From an uncultured delta proteobacterium (GTDB lineage: Bacteria > Myxococcota_A > Polyangia > Haliangiales > Haliangiaceae): DNA of 64,000 nt. The position numbers and the translations under genes were made by a program. Every line of letters begins with the position of its first letter. Position 1 is the stretch's first letter. Below the pieces are notes generated by a model. That model had not been told where the DNA came from, did no database searches, and was given only the letters and a program-made list of their open reading frames with translations. Below are positions 18,504-27,932 of this stretch, in pieces. The stretch covers positions 3,232,001 through 3,296,000 of the forward strand of contig CAWKDB010000010.1 of the NCBI GenBank assembly GCA_963848295.1. The letters are read 5' to 3'.

Positions 18504-19352
18504 TCAGTGCGGGTCGTGTTGCCGCTTCGCGGCGTAGATATCGGCGACGACCGCGTAGTGGTCGGACGGCCACACGCCGTTCGTTCGCCGGTCGAGCGCG
18601 ATCCGCGTCGCGATCGGCTCGCCGCGCAGGTAGCGGTCGGGCCCGCGCGAATAAACGTAGTCGATCCGGCGCGACGGCTCGTGCGAGCGCAGGGCGTAGA
18701 GGTTGTCCCGCGAGTAGGTGTGGCCGAGGCCGAGCTCGGTCGCGAGCCAGCAATCGGCGAAGTACACCGAGATCCCGTCGATCGTCGTTTGGCCGCGTAA
18801 GAACCGCATCTCGTCGGACTCGGGGTCGGCGTTGAAGTCGCCGAGCAACACCGACGGCATGTCCTCGATCGGCGCGAGCTCCTCGACGTGATCGACGAGC
18901 GCGCGGACCTGGGCGCGGCGCGCGGTCGCGAGATGGAGCTGATGCGTCAGGTGCGTCGCGAACACCGGCAGTGCGCCGTGCGTGGTCTCGACCCGAGCGA
19001 ACGCCACGCTGCGCGTATCGAGGCCGGGCGGCGCGGGCAACGGCAGGTTCGCGCAGTCGCGCAACGGGTGCGGCGACAACAGGGCGTTGCCGAACGTCAA
19101 CCCGCCGCCCACCTGCCACGCCGGTGCGTGGTGCACGTTCCAGCCGGTGCCGGCTGCGATCTCGTGCGCCTGACTCGGCATGCCGGTGAAGCCCAAGACC
19201 TCCTGCAGCGCGATCACGTCGGCATCGAGTGCCATCAAGCCCTCGCGGATCAGCGGAAGCCGCTCGGACCACGGCCCTTGGCGGTTCCAGATATTGAACG
19301 TGCAGATGCGCCAGACGTCACTACGTGCCGGAGTTGGGGTCGCGGGAGTCAC
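18504..19352 (-). CDS. Endonuclease/exonuclease/phosphatase (EEP) family protein
   Basis: TFNI, ALQEV, THL, GDFNA, RIDYV, SDHYAV. Confidence 0.92.
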   Translation of the reverse strand: MTPATPTPARSDVWRICTFNIWNRQGPWSERLPLIREGLMALDADVIALQEVLGFTGMPSQAHEIAAGTGWNVHHAPAWQVGGGLTFGNALLSPHPLRDCANLPLPAPPGLDTRSVAFARVETTHGALPVFATHLTHQLHLATARRAQVRALVDHVEELAPIEDMPSVLLGDFNADPESDEMRFLRGQTTIDGISVYFADCWLATELGLGHTYSRDNLYALRSHEPSRRIDYVYSRGPDRYLRGEPIATRIALDRRTNGVWPSDHYAVVADIYAAKRQHDPH

Positions 19353-19375
19353 TGCTACTACGATAGACTGTCGAG

Positions 19376-20197
19376 ATGGCGCCGGTCACGCTTGCCGTGG
19401 TTCCGTCCGCCACGCCGGGGGATAGTCGAGTCGCGCTCGATGCGGTTTGCGACGCGCTCGGCGCGATCCTCGGCTCGCCGGTCGTCGCCGCGACGCCGCA
19501 CTCGTACCTGGAGCTCGCCGATGCGATGCAGCGCGACCGCATCCAGTACGCGTGGATGTCGCCGGCGTTGATGGTGCTGACCGAAGAGCGGATCCGGTTG
19601 CGCCCGTTGCTCTCGGCCGTACGCGGCGATCGCACGGATTATTGCTCGGCGCTGTTCGTCGCGGCGGAGCGCTCGCTGCACGAGGTCGTGGACCTGCGCG
19701 GTATGCGAGTGGCTTGGGTCGACCAGGCTTCGGCCTCGGGTTACCTCTACCCGCGGATCGCGCTCGCGGCGCGCGGCCTCGATCCGGACGCGTTCTTCGG
19801 CGAGGAGCTGTTCCTGCGCTCGCACGCCGAGGTCGTGCGTGCGGTGCTCGATGGTCGCGCCGACGTCGGTGCGACCTACGCAGAGCGTCCGGTACCCGGG
19901 CAGCCGATCCGCCGCGCGGGCTTTCTCGACGTCGCCCCCGAGCGCGCGATCCGCGTGCTCGAGTGGACGCGGCCGATCCCGAACGACGTCATCGTCGGCC
20001 ATGGCCTGCTGTCGTTCTCCGAGCACCACGCGTTCGGCGATGCGATGCTCGAGCTGTCGGCGCGCGCGCCCGGCCGCAAGCTGCTGTTCAACGCGTTCCA
20101 CGCGGAGCACTTCGTCACGACGCCGCGCAACGCGCTGCGCCCCCTGTTCGAGCTCGTCCGGTCGGCGCGAGCGAACGGCCTGCTCCGCCAGCTCTGA
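19376..20197 (+). CDS. PhnD-like phosphate/phosphonate-binding-fold protein without signal peptide
   Basis: DLRGMRVAWVDQASASGYLYP, SHAEVVRAVLDGRADVGA, PIPND. Confidence 0.82.
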   Translation: MAPVTLAVVPSATPGDSRVALDAVCDALGAILGSPVVAATPHSYLELADAMQRDRIQYAWMSPALMVLTEERIRLRPLLSAVRGDRTDYCSALFVAAERSLHEVVDLRGMRVAWVDQASASGYLYPRIALAARGLDPDAFFGEELFLRSHAEVVRAVLDGRADVGATYAERPVPGQPIRRAGFLDVAPERAIRVLEWTRPIPNDVIVGHGLLSFSEHHAFGDAMLELSARAPGRKLLFNAFHAEHFVTTPRNALRPLFELVRSARANGLLRQL

Positions 20198-20272
20198 ACC
20201 GACTGGATCCCCGCGCCGTTGCCGTGCTGTAATGACCGCCTTCACGTGAGGCGGACGACCAAGGCGCCCCCG

Positions 20273-21043
20273 ATGAGCGCCATCCGGCGGGTGATCGAGG
20301 CGCGCGAGGTGTCGATCGTCTATCAGCCCGTTGTCGATCTGACGACGCGAAAGATCTTCGCGTACGAGGCGCTCGCCCGGTCGAAGTCAGAGGACTTCAA
20401 GGGCCCGCTCGAGCTGTTCGACGCCGCGGTCGCCGAGGGTTGCACCGGCGAGCTCGGGCGCCTGCTGCGCCAGATGTCACTCGAGGGCTGTCCGAGCCAC
20501 ACGCTGTTCATCAACATCCATCCCGCCGAGCTCAACGAGAAGTGGGTCGTCCAGCCCGACGATCCGATCTTCCAGCACTCCGAGGACATCTACCTCGAGA
20601 TCACCGAAGGCGTGCCGCTGTCGCACTTTCGGTTGTGCCAGAGCATGCTCGCGGAGGTTCGCGGTCGCGGCGTTCACCTCGTGGTCGATGACCTCGGTGC
20701 CGGTTACTCGAATCTCAAATACATCGCCGATCTCCATCCGCGCGTCGTCAAGCTCGACCGCGAGCTGGTCGCCGGGCTCGATCGCGGCACGCGGCTGTTC
20801 AAGCTCGTCGCGGCGATCGTGCGGCTGTGCACCGAGCTCGATGCCCGCGTCGTGGCCGAAGGCATCGAGACGGTCGAGGAGCTCGCAGCGGTCGTGGAGG
20901 CCGGCGCGCGCTACGGCCAGGGCTACCTGTTGGCCCGTCCGGCGTTCCCGCCACCGCCCATTTCGTGGCCTCGCGGGGCCACTCGGCGCATGGAAAAGAT
21001 CTCGATCCCGCCCCCGAAGAAGCCCCGAGAGCTATCCAAATAG
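20273..21043 (+). CDS. Stand-alone EAL-domain c-di-GMP phosphodiesterase
   Basis: YQP, EAL, FINI, EITE, DDLGAGYSNL, KLDR, AEGIE, QGY. Confidence 0.92.
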   Translation: MSAIRRVIEAREVSIVYQPVVDLTTRKIFAYEALARSKSEDFKGPLELFDAAVAEGCTGELGRLLRQMSLEGCPSHTLFINIHPAELNEKWVVQPDDPIFQHSEDIYLEITEGVPLSHFRLCQSMLAEVRGRGVHLVVDDLGAGYSNLKYIADLHPRVVKLDRELVAGLDRGTRLFKLVAAIVRLCTELDARVVAEGIETVEELAAVVEAGARYGQGYLLARPAFPPPPISWPRGATRRMEKISIPPPKKPRELSK

Positions 21044-21121
21044 CTGTAGTTATTACGAAAGTCTGTTCGCCGCACGTGGATCTTGCGCGATGTCAGACCG
21101 CCGGGGCAGGGTATCCGTCCC

Positions 21122-21352
21122 ATGCAGACCAACGACAACATCGGACACACCGGTTCCGAGCCAGGCCACGGCGTCGCGCGCTATCAAGAGCTCCAGGCGA
21201 AGGTCGCCGCGATGGCGGGCGATTTCGAGAAGTTCTACAAGGACGGCAACAAGGCCGCCGGCACCCGCGTGCGCGTTGCGATGCAGGAGCTCAAGACGTT
21301 CGCGCAGCTCGTCCGCACCGAAGTGCAGTCGATCAAGAATACCAAAGAGTAA
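21122..21352 (+). CDS. Hc1-like ('histone H1-like') small helical protein
   Basis: DFEKFYKDGNKAAGTRVRVAMQELKTFAQLVRTEV. Confidence 0.8.
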   Translation: MQTNDNIGHTGSEPGHGVARYQELQAKVAAMAGDFEKFYKDGNKAAGTRVRVAMQELKTFAQLVRTEVQSIKNTKE

Positions 21353-22061
21353 CGACGCCGATGTAGAGGCCCTCGATCGCTCCGGCGATCAGGCCGGCCT
21401 CTGCACCGACCATGTAACCTCCGAGCGTTGGCGTGCTGCGACTCAGCGTCGCCACGAGCGGTGGAGCGATCAGCGCGGCTAGCGATAGCGGAGGGATCGC
21501 TCCGCCCACCACGATGAGCGCTCGCAGCCGCTTGCGCGGTGGCTTGCCGCGCGCGGCGCGTTCGCGACGAGCGAGCGGGACCGCGAGCAGCATCGACAAC
21601 GCGGCACAACCGGCGACGAGCAGCGGCGTCGAGACCGGCGGGCCGTGATATCCTGCGAACACGCCGACGCCGATCGCGCCGGGCAAGATGCTCGCGAGGC
21701 TGGCCATGATCGTGGCCGCCACGATCGGGTTGAAGGCGATGCGAAGCGGAGCCGCGATCCGCCCGATCCGCGTGAACGCCATCACCGCGAGCTCGATCAG
21801 CATCGCCATGAACGCGCCGCAGCCCAACCCATAGAACACCGCGATGGTTCCGATCTCGAACCACGGCAGCGCGAGCTCCCGCCACCGTGCGTAGTACAGC
21901 GTGAACGCGGTCGCGGTCGGCAACACGCCTGCGATCGCGCCGCTCGTCAGCGAGGCGCCGATGCGACGCGCGATCTTGCGCGGAGCCTGCGCTGCGGTCG
22001 GCTCGATCACGAGCTCGCCCGCGAAGATGTTCTCCGAGCTCGAGTCGCCGGCGCCGGGCAT
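21333..22061 (-). CDS. Hypothetical multi-pass membrane protein
   Basis: About six hydrophobic segments. Confidence 0.65.
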   Translation of the reverse strand: MPGAGDSSSENIFAGELVIEPTAAQAPRKIARRIGASLTSGAIAGVLPTATAFTLYYARWRELALPWFEIGTIAVFYGLGCGAFMAMLIELAVMAFTRIGRIAAPLRIAFNPIVAATIMASLASILPGAIGVGVFAGYHGPPVSTPLLVAGCAALSMLLAVPLARRERAARGKPPRKRLRALIVVGGAIPPLSLAALIAPPLVATLSRSTPTLGGYMVGAEAGLIAGAIEGLYIGVVTLWYS

Positions 22062-22066
22062 GCCGA

Positions 22067-22963
22067 CTACTTCGGCGCGATCTTCTCGCGCGGATACAGC
22101 ACGATCTCGATGCGCCGATTCTTCGCCTTCACTCTGCTGACCGGCCGGTACTGGCCGAACGCGACCGCGGCGAGCCGCGTCGGATCGATCTTCACCTCGT
22201 CTTGCAGGTAGTGCACGACGGTCAGTGCGCGCGCCGCCGACAGCTCCCAGTTCGTGACGAACGGGATCACGGCGTCATTGCTGTCCGGCTTGGCAGGCGC
22301 CGCGGGCTTCACCGCGATCGGCTTGGCGCCCTTCACCGGTTTCGCCTTCGGCTTCGCGGTCCTCGCGGCGACGGCGGGTTTCGGCGGCCGCGGCACGATC
22401 GGCTGATCGTCGGTGTGGCCCTGGACCCAGATCTGCTTGTCGTTGATCTCCTTGAGCGCGGCCCCGACCTTCGACAGCACGTCCTTGCCCTGCTGGGTCA
22501 GCTCCGCTTCGCCGACCGGGAACAAGATCTGATCGACGAGCTCGACCTTGACCGCGCCGTCGGCGGTCGTCACTTCACCGGCCTTGCCGACGATCGCGGA
22601 CAGCTTGTCCTGCAGGTCCTTCGCTTCGTCCGCTTTCGACTTGAGCTCGGTCTCTTCCTTGCGCAACGAATCGGCCGACGCCTTCTGCGCGGCGAGATCG
22701 GTCTTGCTCTGCGTGAGATCTTTTTCGAGCGACGCGACCTTCGCGGTCAGCGTCGGATCGGGCGTGGTGTCCGGTGAGCCGTGGATCAGCCACGCGAGCA
22801 CGGCGGCGATCACCGCAGTGGCCGCGAACGCCGCGATCAACTTGATCGACGGTGCCTTCGGGCGCAGATCGGGCGTCTTGTCATCACCACCTCCAGTGTT
22901 GCGATGCATCGTCGGATAGCCACCGGGCTTGACGACGATGCCGCTCGGATCAACGCGCGCCAT
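22067..22963 (-). CDS. OmpA/MotB-family peptidoglycan-binding protein (TM + coiled coil + OmpA-like domain)
   Basis: ILFPVGEAEL, VQGHTDD, NWELSAARA, FGQYRP, KNRRIEI. Confidence 0.88.
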   Translation of the reverse strand: MARVDPSGIVVKPGGYPTMHRNTGGGDDKTPDLRPKAPSIKLIAAFAATAVIAAVLAWLIHGSPDTTPDPTLTAKVASLEKDLTQSKTDLAAQKASADSLRKEETELKSKADEAKDLQDKLSAIVGKAGEVTTADGAVKVELVDQILFPVGEAELTQQGKDVLSKVGAALKEINDKQIWVQGHTDDQPIVPRPPKPAVAARTAKPKAKPVKGAKPIAVKPAAPAKPDSNDAVIPFVTNWELSAARALTVVHYLQDEVKIDPTRLAAVAFGQYRPVSRVKAKNRRIEIVLYPREKIAPK

Positions 22964-23113
22964 GGTCGACATAGTAACGCGACTCCCGCGCCACGGATCG
23001 GTGAACTGCGACAACGAGCGACAGCGACCGCGACACGGAGCGACACACGCGACACCTGCGACGAATGAAAAAATTTTGTACACCGCGACGGCGAGCCGGG
23101 TATCTCTGGATCC

Positions 23114-23419
23114 ATGCGAGTCACACCAGCTGTCTTGTTCGTCGCGCTCATCAGCTCCGCATGCGGTTCGGCGCAACCGCACGGTGCCTTCGGCAATGCC
23201 AACGTCGCGGCGGTGCGCGACGAGATCAAGTCGACGATCGGGCGCGAACGCGCGATCGTCTCGATGGGCAAGGTCTCCGCCGATCACGCCGTCGTCTACA
23301 CCGCGCCGCGCGCCGGCGAACCGGTCGCCAACGAAGAGACCTGGGTGCGCGACAGCCACGGCTGGAAGCTCGACCATTCGACTGCGATCGGGAGTGCACC
23401 CGCGGCAACGGGTGGATGA
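23114..23419 (+). CDS. Small hypothetical lipoprotein
   Basis: Signal peptide ending ISSAC. Confidence 0.65.
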   Translation: MRVTPAVLFVALISSACGSAQPHGAFGNANVAAVRDEIKSTIGRERAIVSMGKVSADHAVVYTAPRAGEPVANEETWVRDSHGWKLDHSTAIGSAPAATGG

Positions 23420-23448
23420 AGCGCCACGAGCGCGCTACATTCCCACCC

Positions 23449-23937
23449 ATGAAAAAGCTCGCACTCCTCGGCGCGGTCGCGATTCTCGGTGTGGGCGGTT
23501 GGCGGCTGACGCATCACTCGTCGGCGGAACCGGCGAAGGACAGCAAGCTCGCGTTCGATCGGCTGTGGATCGATCATCTGCCGACGAGCGAGCGCGACAC
23601 GATCAACGTCTACGTCGCGCTGACCGAGCAACCGGTCGGCGTGTTCCAGGCGGCGTCGATGTGGCGCGGCGAATACGAGATGTTCCACTACGAGGCGAAC
23701 GGCGACGAGGTCCGCGCGGTGTTCCCGCAGACCGGCGATCGCGAGCGCTTCCAGATCCGCGCGAGAGAGTGCGAAAAGGACGGTTTCACGTATTGCCTCG
23801 AGCTGCGCGGCGCGAAGCACGGCGTCAAGCGCTACTACTCGATGGATGGCTGGGAGGTCGGCGGCGGCGACGCGGACGCGGCCGAGGCGCAGATCGCGGC
23901 GAAGCTGCACGCGCTTGCCGCTCGCAGCGGCGAGTAG
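23449..23937 (+). CDS. Hypothetical exported protein
   Basis: MKK + hydrophobic stretch; globular aromatic-rich domain. Confidence 0.7.
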   Translation: MKKLALLGAVAILGVGGWRLTHHSSAEPAKDSKLAFDRLWIDHLPTSERDTINVYVALTEQPVGVFQAASMWRGEYEMFHYEANGDEVRAVFPQTGDRERFQIRARECEKDGFTYCLELRGAKHGVKRYYSMDGWEVGGGDADAAEAQIAAKLHALAARSGE

Positions 23938-23942
23938 CGCGA

Positions 23943-24689
23943 TTACATCCCGACGATTTCGGTCGTCGTCAACGCCGGCACGCGGACGGTGACGTCGTGC
24001 GCCGGGATCGTCAAGCCAGTCGCGGTCGCAGTCACGCTCACGGAGCCGGGGGGGACGTTCATGATGTACGCGACGCCGTCGGTGTCGGTGGCCGTGGCCG
24101 TCATGCTCGGAAACCCGCCGGAGTTGTATTTCACGGTGTACGACGGTGTCGACGTCACGGTGGCGCCGACGACGGTCGCGCCGGTCGTGCCGTTGACGAC
24201 CTCGACCGCGATCGTGCCGTCGCCGTCGGTCTGGGACACCCGCGCGAGCGTATAGAGCAAGCCGTACGTTCCCGACGTGACCATCAAGACGTTCGCCATC
24301 GGCGTGTCCATCGTCAGCGGCGCGGGCGGGTACAGGTAGGTGTCGACGTAGCCGGTGATCGTGCCCTTGACGTAGCCGTCGACCGATCCGTTCTCGGTCG
24401 GCACCATGAGCGTGTACGTGCCGTCGGCCGCCGATGTCGTCATCACGGTCGGGGTGGTCGCGGTCTCGTGATATGCGCCGATCGTGACGTTCGCGAGCGC
24501 CTTGGTGCCGGTCGCGCCCTCCGACTCCGCCGTGCCGGTGATCGTGATCGGTGGGCCGGGGGCCGCATCGATCGCCTCGGCGTCGATACCGCCGCCACCG
24601 CCGCCGCCGCCGGGTCCGTCGATCGTGGCGCTACCACCACCGCCGCAGGCCACGAGACTCGCGAGCGCGAAAGATAAGTAGATTCGCAT
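23943..24689 (-). CDS. Lipoprotein with carboxypeptidase-regulatory-like beta-sandwich repeats
   Basis: Lipobox LVAC; TTSAADGTYTL and TDTDGVAYIMNVPPG. Confidence 0.75.
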   Translation of the reverse strand: MRIYLSFALASLVACGGGGSATIDGPGGGGGGGGIDAEAIDAAPGPPITITGTAESEGATGTKALANVTIGAYHETATTPTVMTTSAADGTYTLMVPTENGSVDGYVKGTITGYVDTYLYPPAPLTMDTPMANVLMVTSGTYGLLYTLARVSQTDGDGTIAVEVVNGTTGATVVGATVTSTPSYTVKYNSGGFPSMTATATDTDGVAYIMNVPPGSVSVTATATGLTIPAHDVTVRVPALTTTEIVGM

Positions 24690-24709
24690 CCGGCGATCGT
24701 ACAGGAATC

Positions 24710-25366
24710 TCAGCGCGCGCCGAATTCTTGATCGAACGTGGTGCGGATCGCACGCCCCGCGTCATCGAGCGCGGGCTCGTAGCGAAACCGCCAGACCCCG
24801 CCACACGCGTCGTGTGGGTCGATCGGGCCGCGGATGACGTGAGCCCCGACCACGAAACCTTGTTCGTCGACGGTGATCCGCGCCACGAACAGCGCGCCGT
24901 CGTCGACATCGGCGAGCCGAGTCGGGTAGATCAGCCGCGCTGGGCGAGCGCGCGACGCGGGCAGAGCAGCGGGCACCTCCGGCAGTGTCGGTCGGGGTGC
25001 GATACCGCCGAAGCCGTCGCCGCCGTCGCCGCCGTGCCCCGTTCCGCCACGGCCGTCGCCGCCGATCTCGCCTTCGTTGGGCGCACCCGGCGTGACGGTG
25101 ACGTCGGACATCGCGAGCGGGCGAGTCAGCGCGGCGCTCGCGCGGGGATGTGCGCCCCTCGGCGCGCCGGCACTCCCGCGGTGGCCAGGTGACGTTGCCG
25201 GTGGATCGATCATCGCGATCTCGATCGGAGGCGGATCGCCGACCGCACGCGGCGGCGATGACTGCGCCGCGAGCGGCGAGCTCGCCGCGAGTCGCCACGC
25301 GATGCCACCGACGATCACCGCGTGGATCGCGATCGACGTGGTCACGCTGGCTCGACCGGCGGTCAC
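24710..25366 (-). CDS. TonB-like energy transducer (degenerate)
   Basis: N-terminal TM with SIAIH (SxxxH), Pro/Gly linker, YP...ITVDEQGFV...WRFRYEPA. Confidence 0.7.
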   Translation of the reverse strand: MTAGRASVTTSIAIHAVIVGGIAWRLAASSPLAAQSSPPRAVGDPPPIEIAMIDPPATSPGHRGSAGAPRGAHPRASAALTRPLAMSDVTVTPGAPNEGEIGGDGRGGTGHGGDGGDGFGGIAPRPTLPEVPAALPASRARPARLIYPTRLADVDDGALFVARITVDEQGFVVGAHVIRGPIDPHDACGGVWRFRYEPALDDAGRAIRTTFDQEFGAR

Positions 25367-25479
25367 CGGTCGATCATGACGCGAACCGCGCGGCCGGTGG
25401 CTCACCGCCGATCTCCCGCTGCGAGGCCGTCGTCGCAGGCGCGGCAGCCGGGTACGCTCGATCCGTGAACCATCCGAAG

Positions 25480-25677
25480 ATGACGTCGAGCGGCCGGCGC
25501 TGGGCGTTCTTGATCGGGCTGTGCGCAGCGCTGGCGATCCCGAAGCGGGTCGCGATCTCGGATCCGCAATCGCGGTGCGAGAGCTACTACGTCGAGCCGT
25601 GGGGGTTCTATCTCGTCGAATCGGCGTTGCACCGCGACCTCGGCGTCGCGTACTCGTCGGGGACCGACTGCCGGTGA
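25480..25677 (+). CDS. Small hypothetical protein (65 aa)
   Basis: Hydrophobic N-terminus; stop overlaps the GTG of the next gene (GTGA). Confidence 0.55.
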   Translation: MTSSGRRWAFLIGLCAALAIPKRVAISDPQSRCESYYVEPWGFYLVESALHRDLGVAYSSGTDCR

Positions 25678-26201
25678 CGCAGCGGTTCGTCGGCACGCCG
25701 GAGATCCTGATCGATCGGCCGCGGATCCTGTTCGTCGGCATCAACCCCGGGATGACGTCGGGGCGAGTCGGTCACAACTTCGCGGGACCGGGCAACACGT
25801 TCTGGCGGCTGCTCCACGCCGCGCGGATCACGCCCGAGCTGATCGCGGCGGCCGACGATGCGCGGCTCGCCGACTTCGGCTGCGGGCTCGTCAACCTGTG
25901 CCGGCGCACGACGCGGACCGCGAGCGAATTGAAGCGGCGCGAGCTCGAGCGCGGACGCGACCGTCTCGCCGGCATCGTCGCCGAGCGACAACCGGCGTTG
26001 CTCGCGCTCGTCGGGGTGACGCTCGCGCCGATCGTGCTCGGCCGCGATATCGAGCCCGGGCCCGGAGCCAAGCGCCGGCGATTCGCGGGGGCGCGCGTGT
26101 TCGTCGTGCCGAATCCGAGTGGGCTGAACGCCTCGTTCCCGACGTTCGACGCGAAGCTCGTGTGGTTCGAGAAGTTGGCACGGGCAAGCCGGCCGCGCTG
26201 A
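25674..26201 (+). CDS. mug: Mismatch-specific (G/U) DNA glycosylase, UDG family 2
   Basis: LFVGINPG, HNFAGPGNTFWRLL, PNPSGLN. Confidence 0.9.
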   Translation: MTQRFVGTPEILIDRPRILFVGINPGMTSGRVGHNFAGPGNTFWRLLHAARITPELIAAADDARLADFGCGLVNLCRRTTRTASELKRRELERGRDRLAGIVAERQPALLALVGVTLAPIVLGRDIEPGPGAKRRRFAGARVFVVPNPSGLNASFPTFDAKLVWFEKLARASRPR

Positions 26202-26213
26202 CGGACCCAGCAG

Positions 26214-27557
26214 CTACGCTCGCGAGGAGCGTGCGCTGAGCTCGACCACGACGATCTCCGTCCGCGGCTTGTCGATCAACAGCGTGGCGCCGTCAGCACC
26301 GACGCGGCGCGAGTCGGCGCCTTCGACGTGGACGTCGCAGCCCGCGCTCGCCCACCGCGCTGGGATCACGATCTCGGTCGGAGCGTCACCGACCGCGCGG
26401 TACGTCAGCCGCCACGCCTCGCGGCCGCTGTCCCACCGGATCGGTTCGCCGGCGATCGCACGCGGGTACGGACGGATCAGGGCATTCGTCCACGGGCGAT
26501 CGCCACCGCCGGGCGTGACGATCGAGGCCGCCTCGTCGTTCCAGTCGAGCTCGGTGGGGTTGTAGTGCCATACCGTCCAGCTCGCGAACGCGCGATCGAA
26601 CAGGCGAACCTCATCCTCCATCATGCGTTGTCCACCACGCGTGCCGTTGAGGACGCCGAACTCGCCGATGAACAGCGGCATGTGGAGGCGACGTGCAGAG
26701 CGCTCGATACGCCCGAGGCTCGCCGGAAACAGCGACAGCGCGGGCACGTAGCGTCCCACGAGAATCGCCGAGGCATCGTAGATATGCGGCGCGAACACCA
26801 GGTTGCGAGCCGGCACCCGCGGCAACCTTACGGGCGCCCCGAACGCTGCCATCGGCGACGGCTCGATGAACAGCAGACGCGTCGGATCGAGCTCGTCTCG
26901 CGCGTGCACGCACGCCTCGTAGTACGCGGGCAGCAAACGCCGCTCGAGCGCGCCGCCGAGCAGCGAGCCGATGCTGCCCATCGGTTCGTTGAACACGTCG
27001 TAGCCGATCACCGCTGGAACCTCTGCCATCACCTGCATCACGCGGCGCACGCACGTCACCAGCGAAGCTCGCAGGCCATCGGCGTCGCGCCAGAACCGCT
27101 CGAAGGCGCGTTGCACGGTGGGCCGCGTCAGGTAACGAAAGAACCAGGAACGACCAGGCGCGGCCGGTTCTTGGGGTGGCACGGTCCAGCTCGGCGCGCC
27201 GTCGCCGCCGAGCTCGCGCGAGAACAGATCCTGATGGAAGTCGACGATGACGTTCAGGCCGCGCTCGCCGGCCGCGATCGCGAGCGCCCTCAACTTTGCG
27301 AGGTATGCCTCGTCGTAGACGCCGCGCTCTGGCTCGAGCCCCTCCCACATCACGAGCAGGCGCACCGCGTTCCATCCCCACGCGGCGAGCGGATCGAACC
27401 AGGCGGGATCTTCGAACGGCAAGAACGGAGGATGCTTGCTGCGACCCGAGACGTTCGCCCCGCGGAAGATGCGGGCGCGCCCGAGCTGGTCGCGGATCCA
27501 ACGGCCATCGCAGTGAAGGCGTAGCTGCTGGACCATGCGGCGACGAACGTACTCCAT
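26214..27557 (-). CDS. GH5 glycoside hydrolase, endoglycoceramidase-like
   Basis: RGANV, DFHQD, GGDGAP.W, FNEP, FAPHIY, IGEFG, RPYP. Confidence 0.9.
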   Translation of the reverse strand: MEYVRRRMVQQLRLHCDGRWIRDQLGRARIFRGANVSGRSKHPPFLPFEDPAWFDPLAAWGWNAVRLLVMWEGLEPERGVYDEAYLAKLRALAIAAGERGLNVIVDFHQDLFSRELGGDGAPSWTVPPQEPAAPGRSWFFRYLTRPTVQRAFERFWRDADGLRASLVTCVRRVMQVMAEVPAVIGYDVFNEPMGSIGSLLGGALERRLLPAYYEACVHARDELDPTRLLFIEPSPMAAFGAPVRLPRVPARNLVFAPHIYDASAILVGRYVPALSLFPASLGRIERSARRLHMPLFIGEFGVLNGTRGGQRMMEDEVRLFDRAFASWTVWHYNPTELDWNDEAASIVTPGGGDRPWTNALIRPYPRAIAGEPIRWDSGREAWRLTYRAVGDAPTEIVIPARWASAGCDVHVEGADSRRVGADGATLLIDKPRTEIVVVELSARSSRA

Positions 27558-27616
27558 GTCGAGCGCGTCGATTCAACTCGAGGCGCGTTGTCATAGCGCT
27601 GCGCTATCGTCCCGTC

Positions 27617-27865
27617 ATGGTCGACACGCAATCGATCGCGGCGGTTCCTCTTCACGTCGGCGACTACGTCGCGTTCGCGCGCGATGTCCTCGCCGAGCTC
27701 GCACGGCCCACACCCGGCGCGCCGCCGACCTGGCGCTGCGTCACCGCCGGGACTCGCGCCCGCGTGATCGGCTGGCGCGATGCGCGCCCGGTGCTCGACG
27801 TCCAAGGCAGCGAGCGCCGGCTCGTCGTGTTCGCGCAACCGGCCAGCATCGCGCGCCTGAGCTAA
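27617..27865 (+). CDS. Small hypothetical protein, possible SH3-like beta barrel
   Basis: 82 aa; LHVGDYV...AGTRARVIGW. Confidence 0.5.
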   Translation: MVDTQSIAAVPLHVGDYVAFARDVLAELARPTPGAPPTWRCVTAGTRARVIGWRDARPVLDVQGSERRLVVFAQPASIARLS

Positions 27866-27871
27866 GCGTAA

Positions 27872-27893
27872 GCCTTACATCGGCCTTACATCG
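27872..27893. promoter_or_regulatory. 11-bp tandem direct repeat GCCTTACATCG x2, candidate response-regulator site
   Basis: Exact tandem repeat about 40 bp upstream of the C39-like gene. Confidence 0.4.
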
Positions 27894-27932
27894 CGCGCGC
27901 AACCGATGGTGCGGTCGCGCGTCTGATCGCCG

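Noticed and set aside
22067..22963. Flagellar stator motB
   Set aside because: No adjacent motA or flagellar genes, and the TM lacks the conserved Asp motif; treated as a generic OmpA/MotB-family protein.
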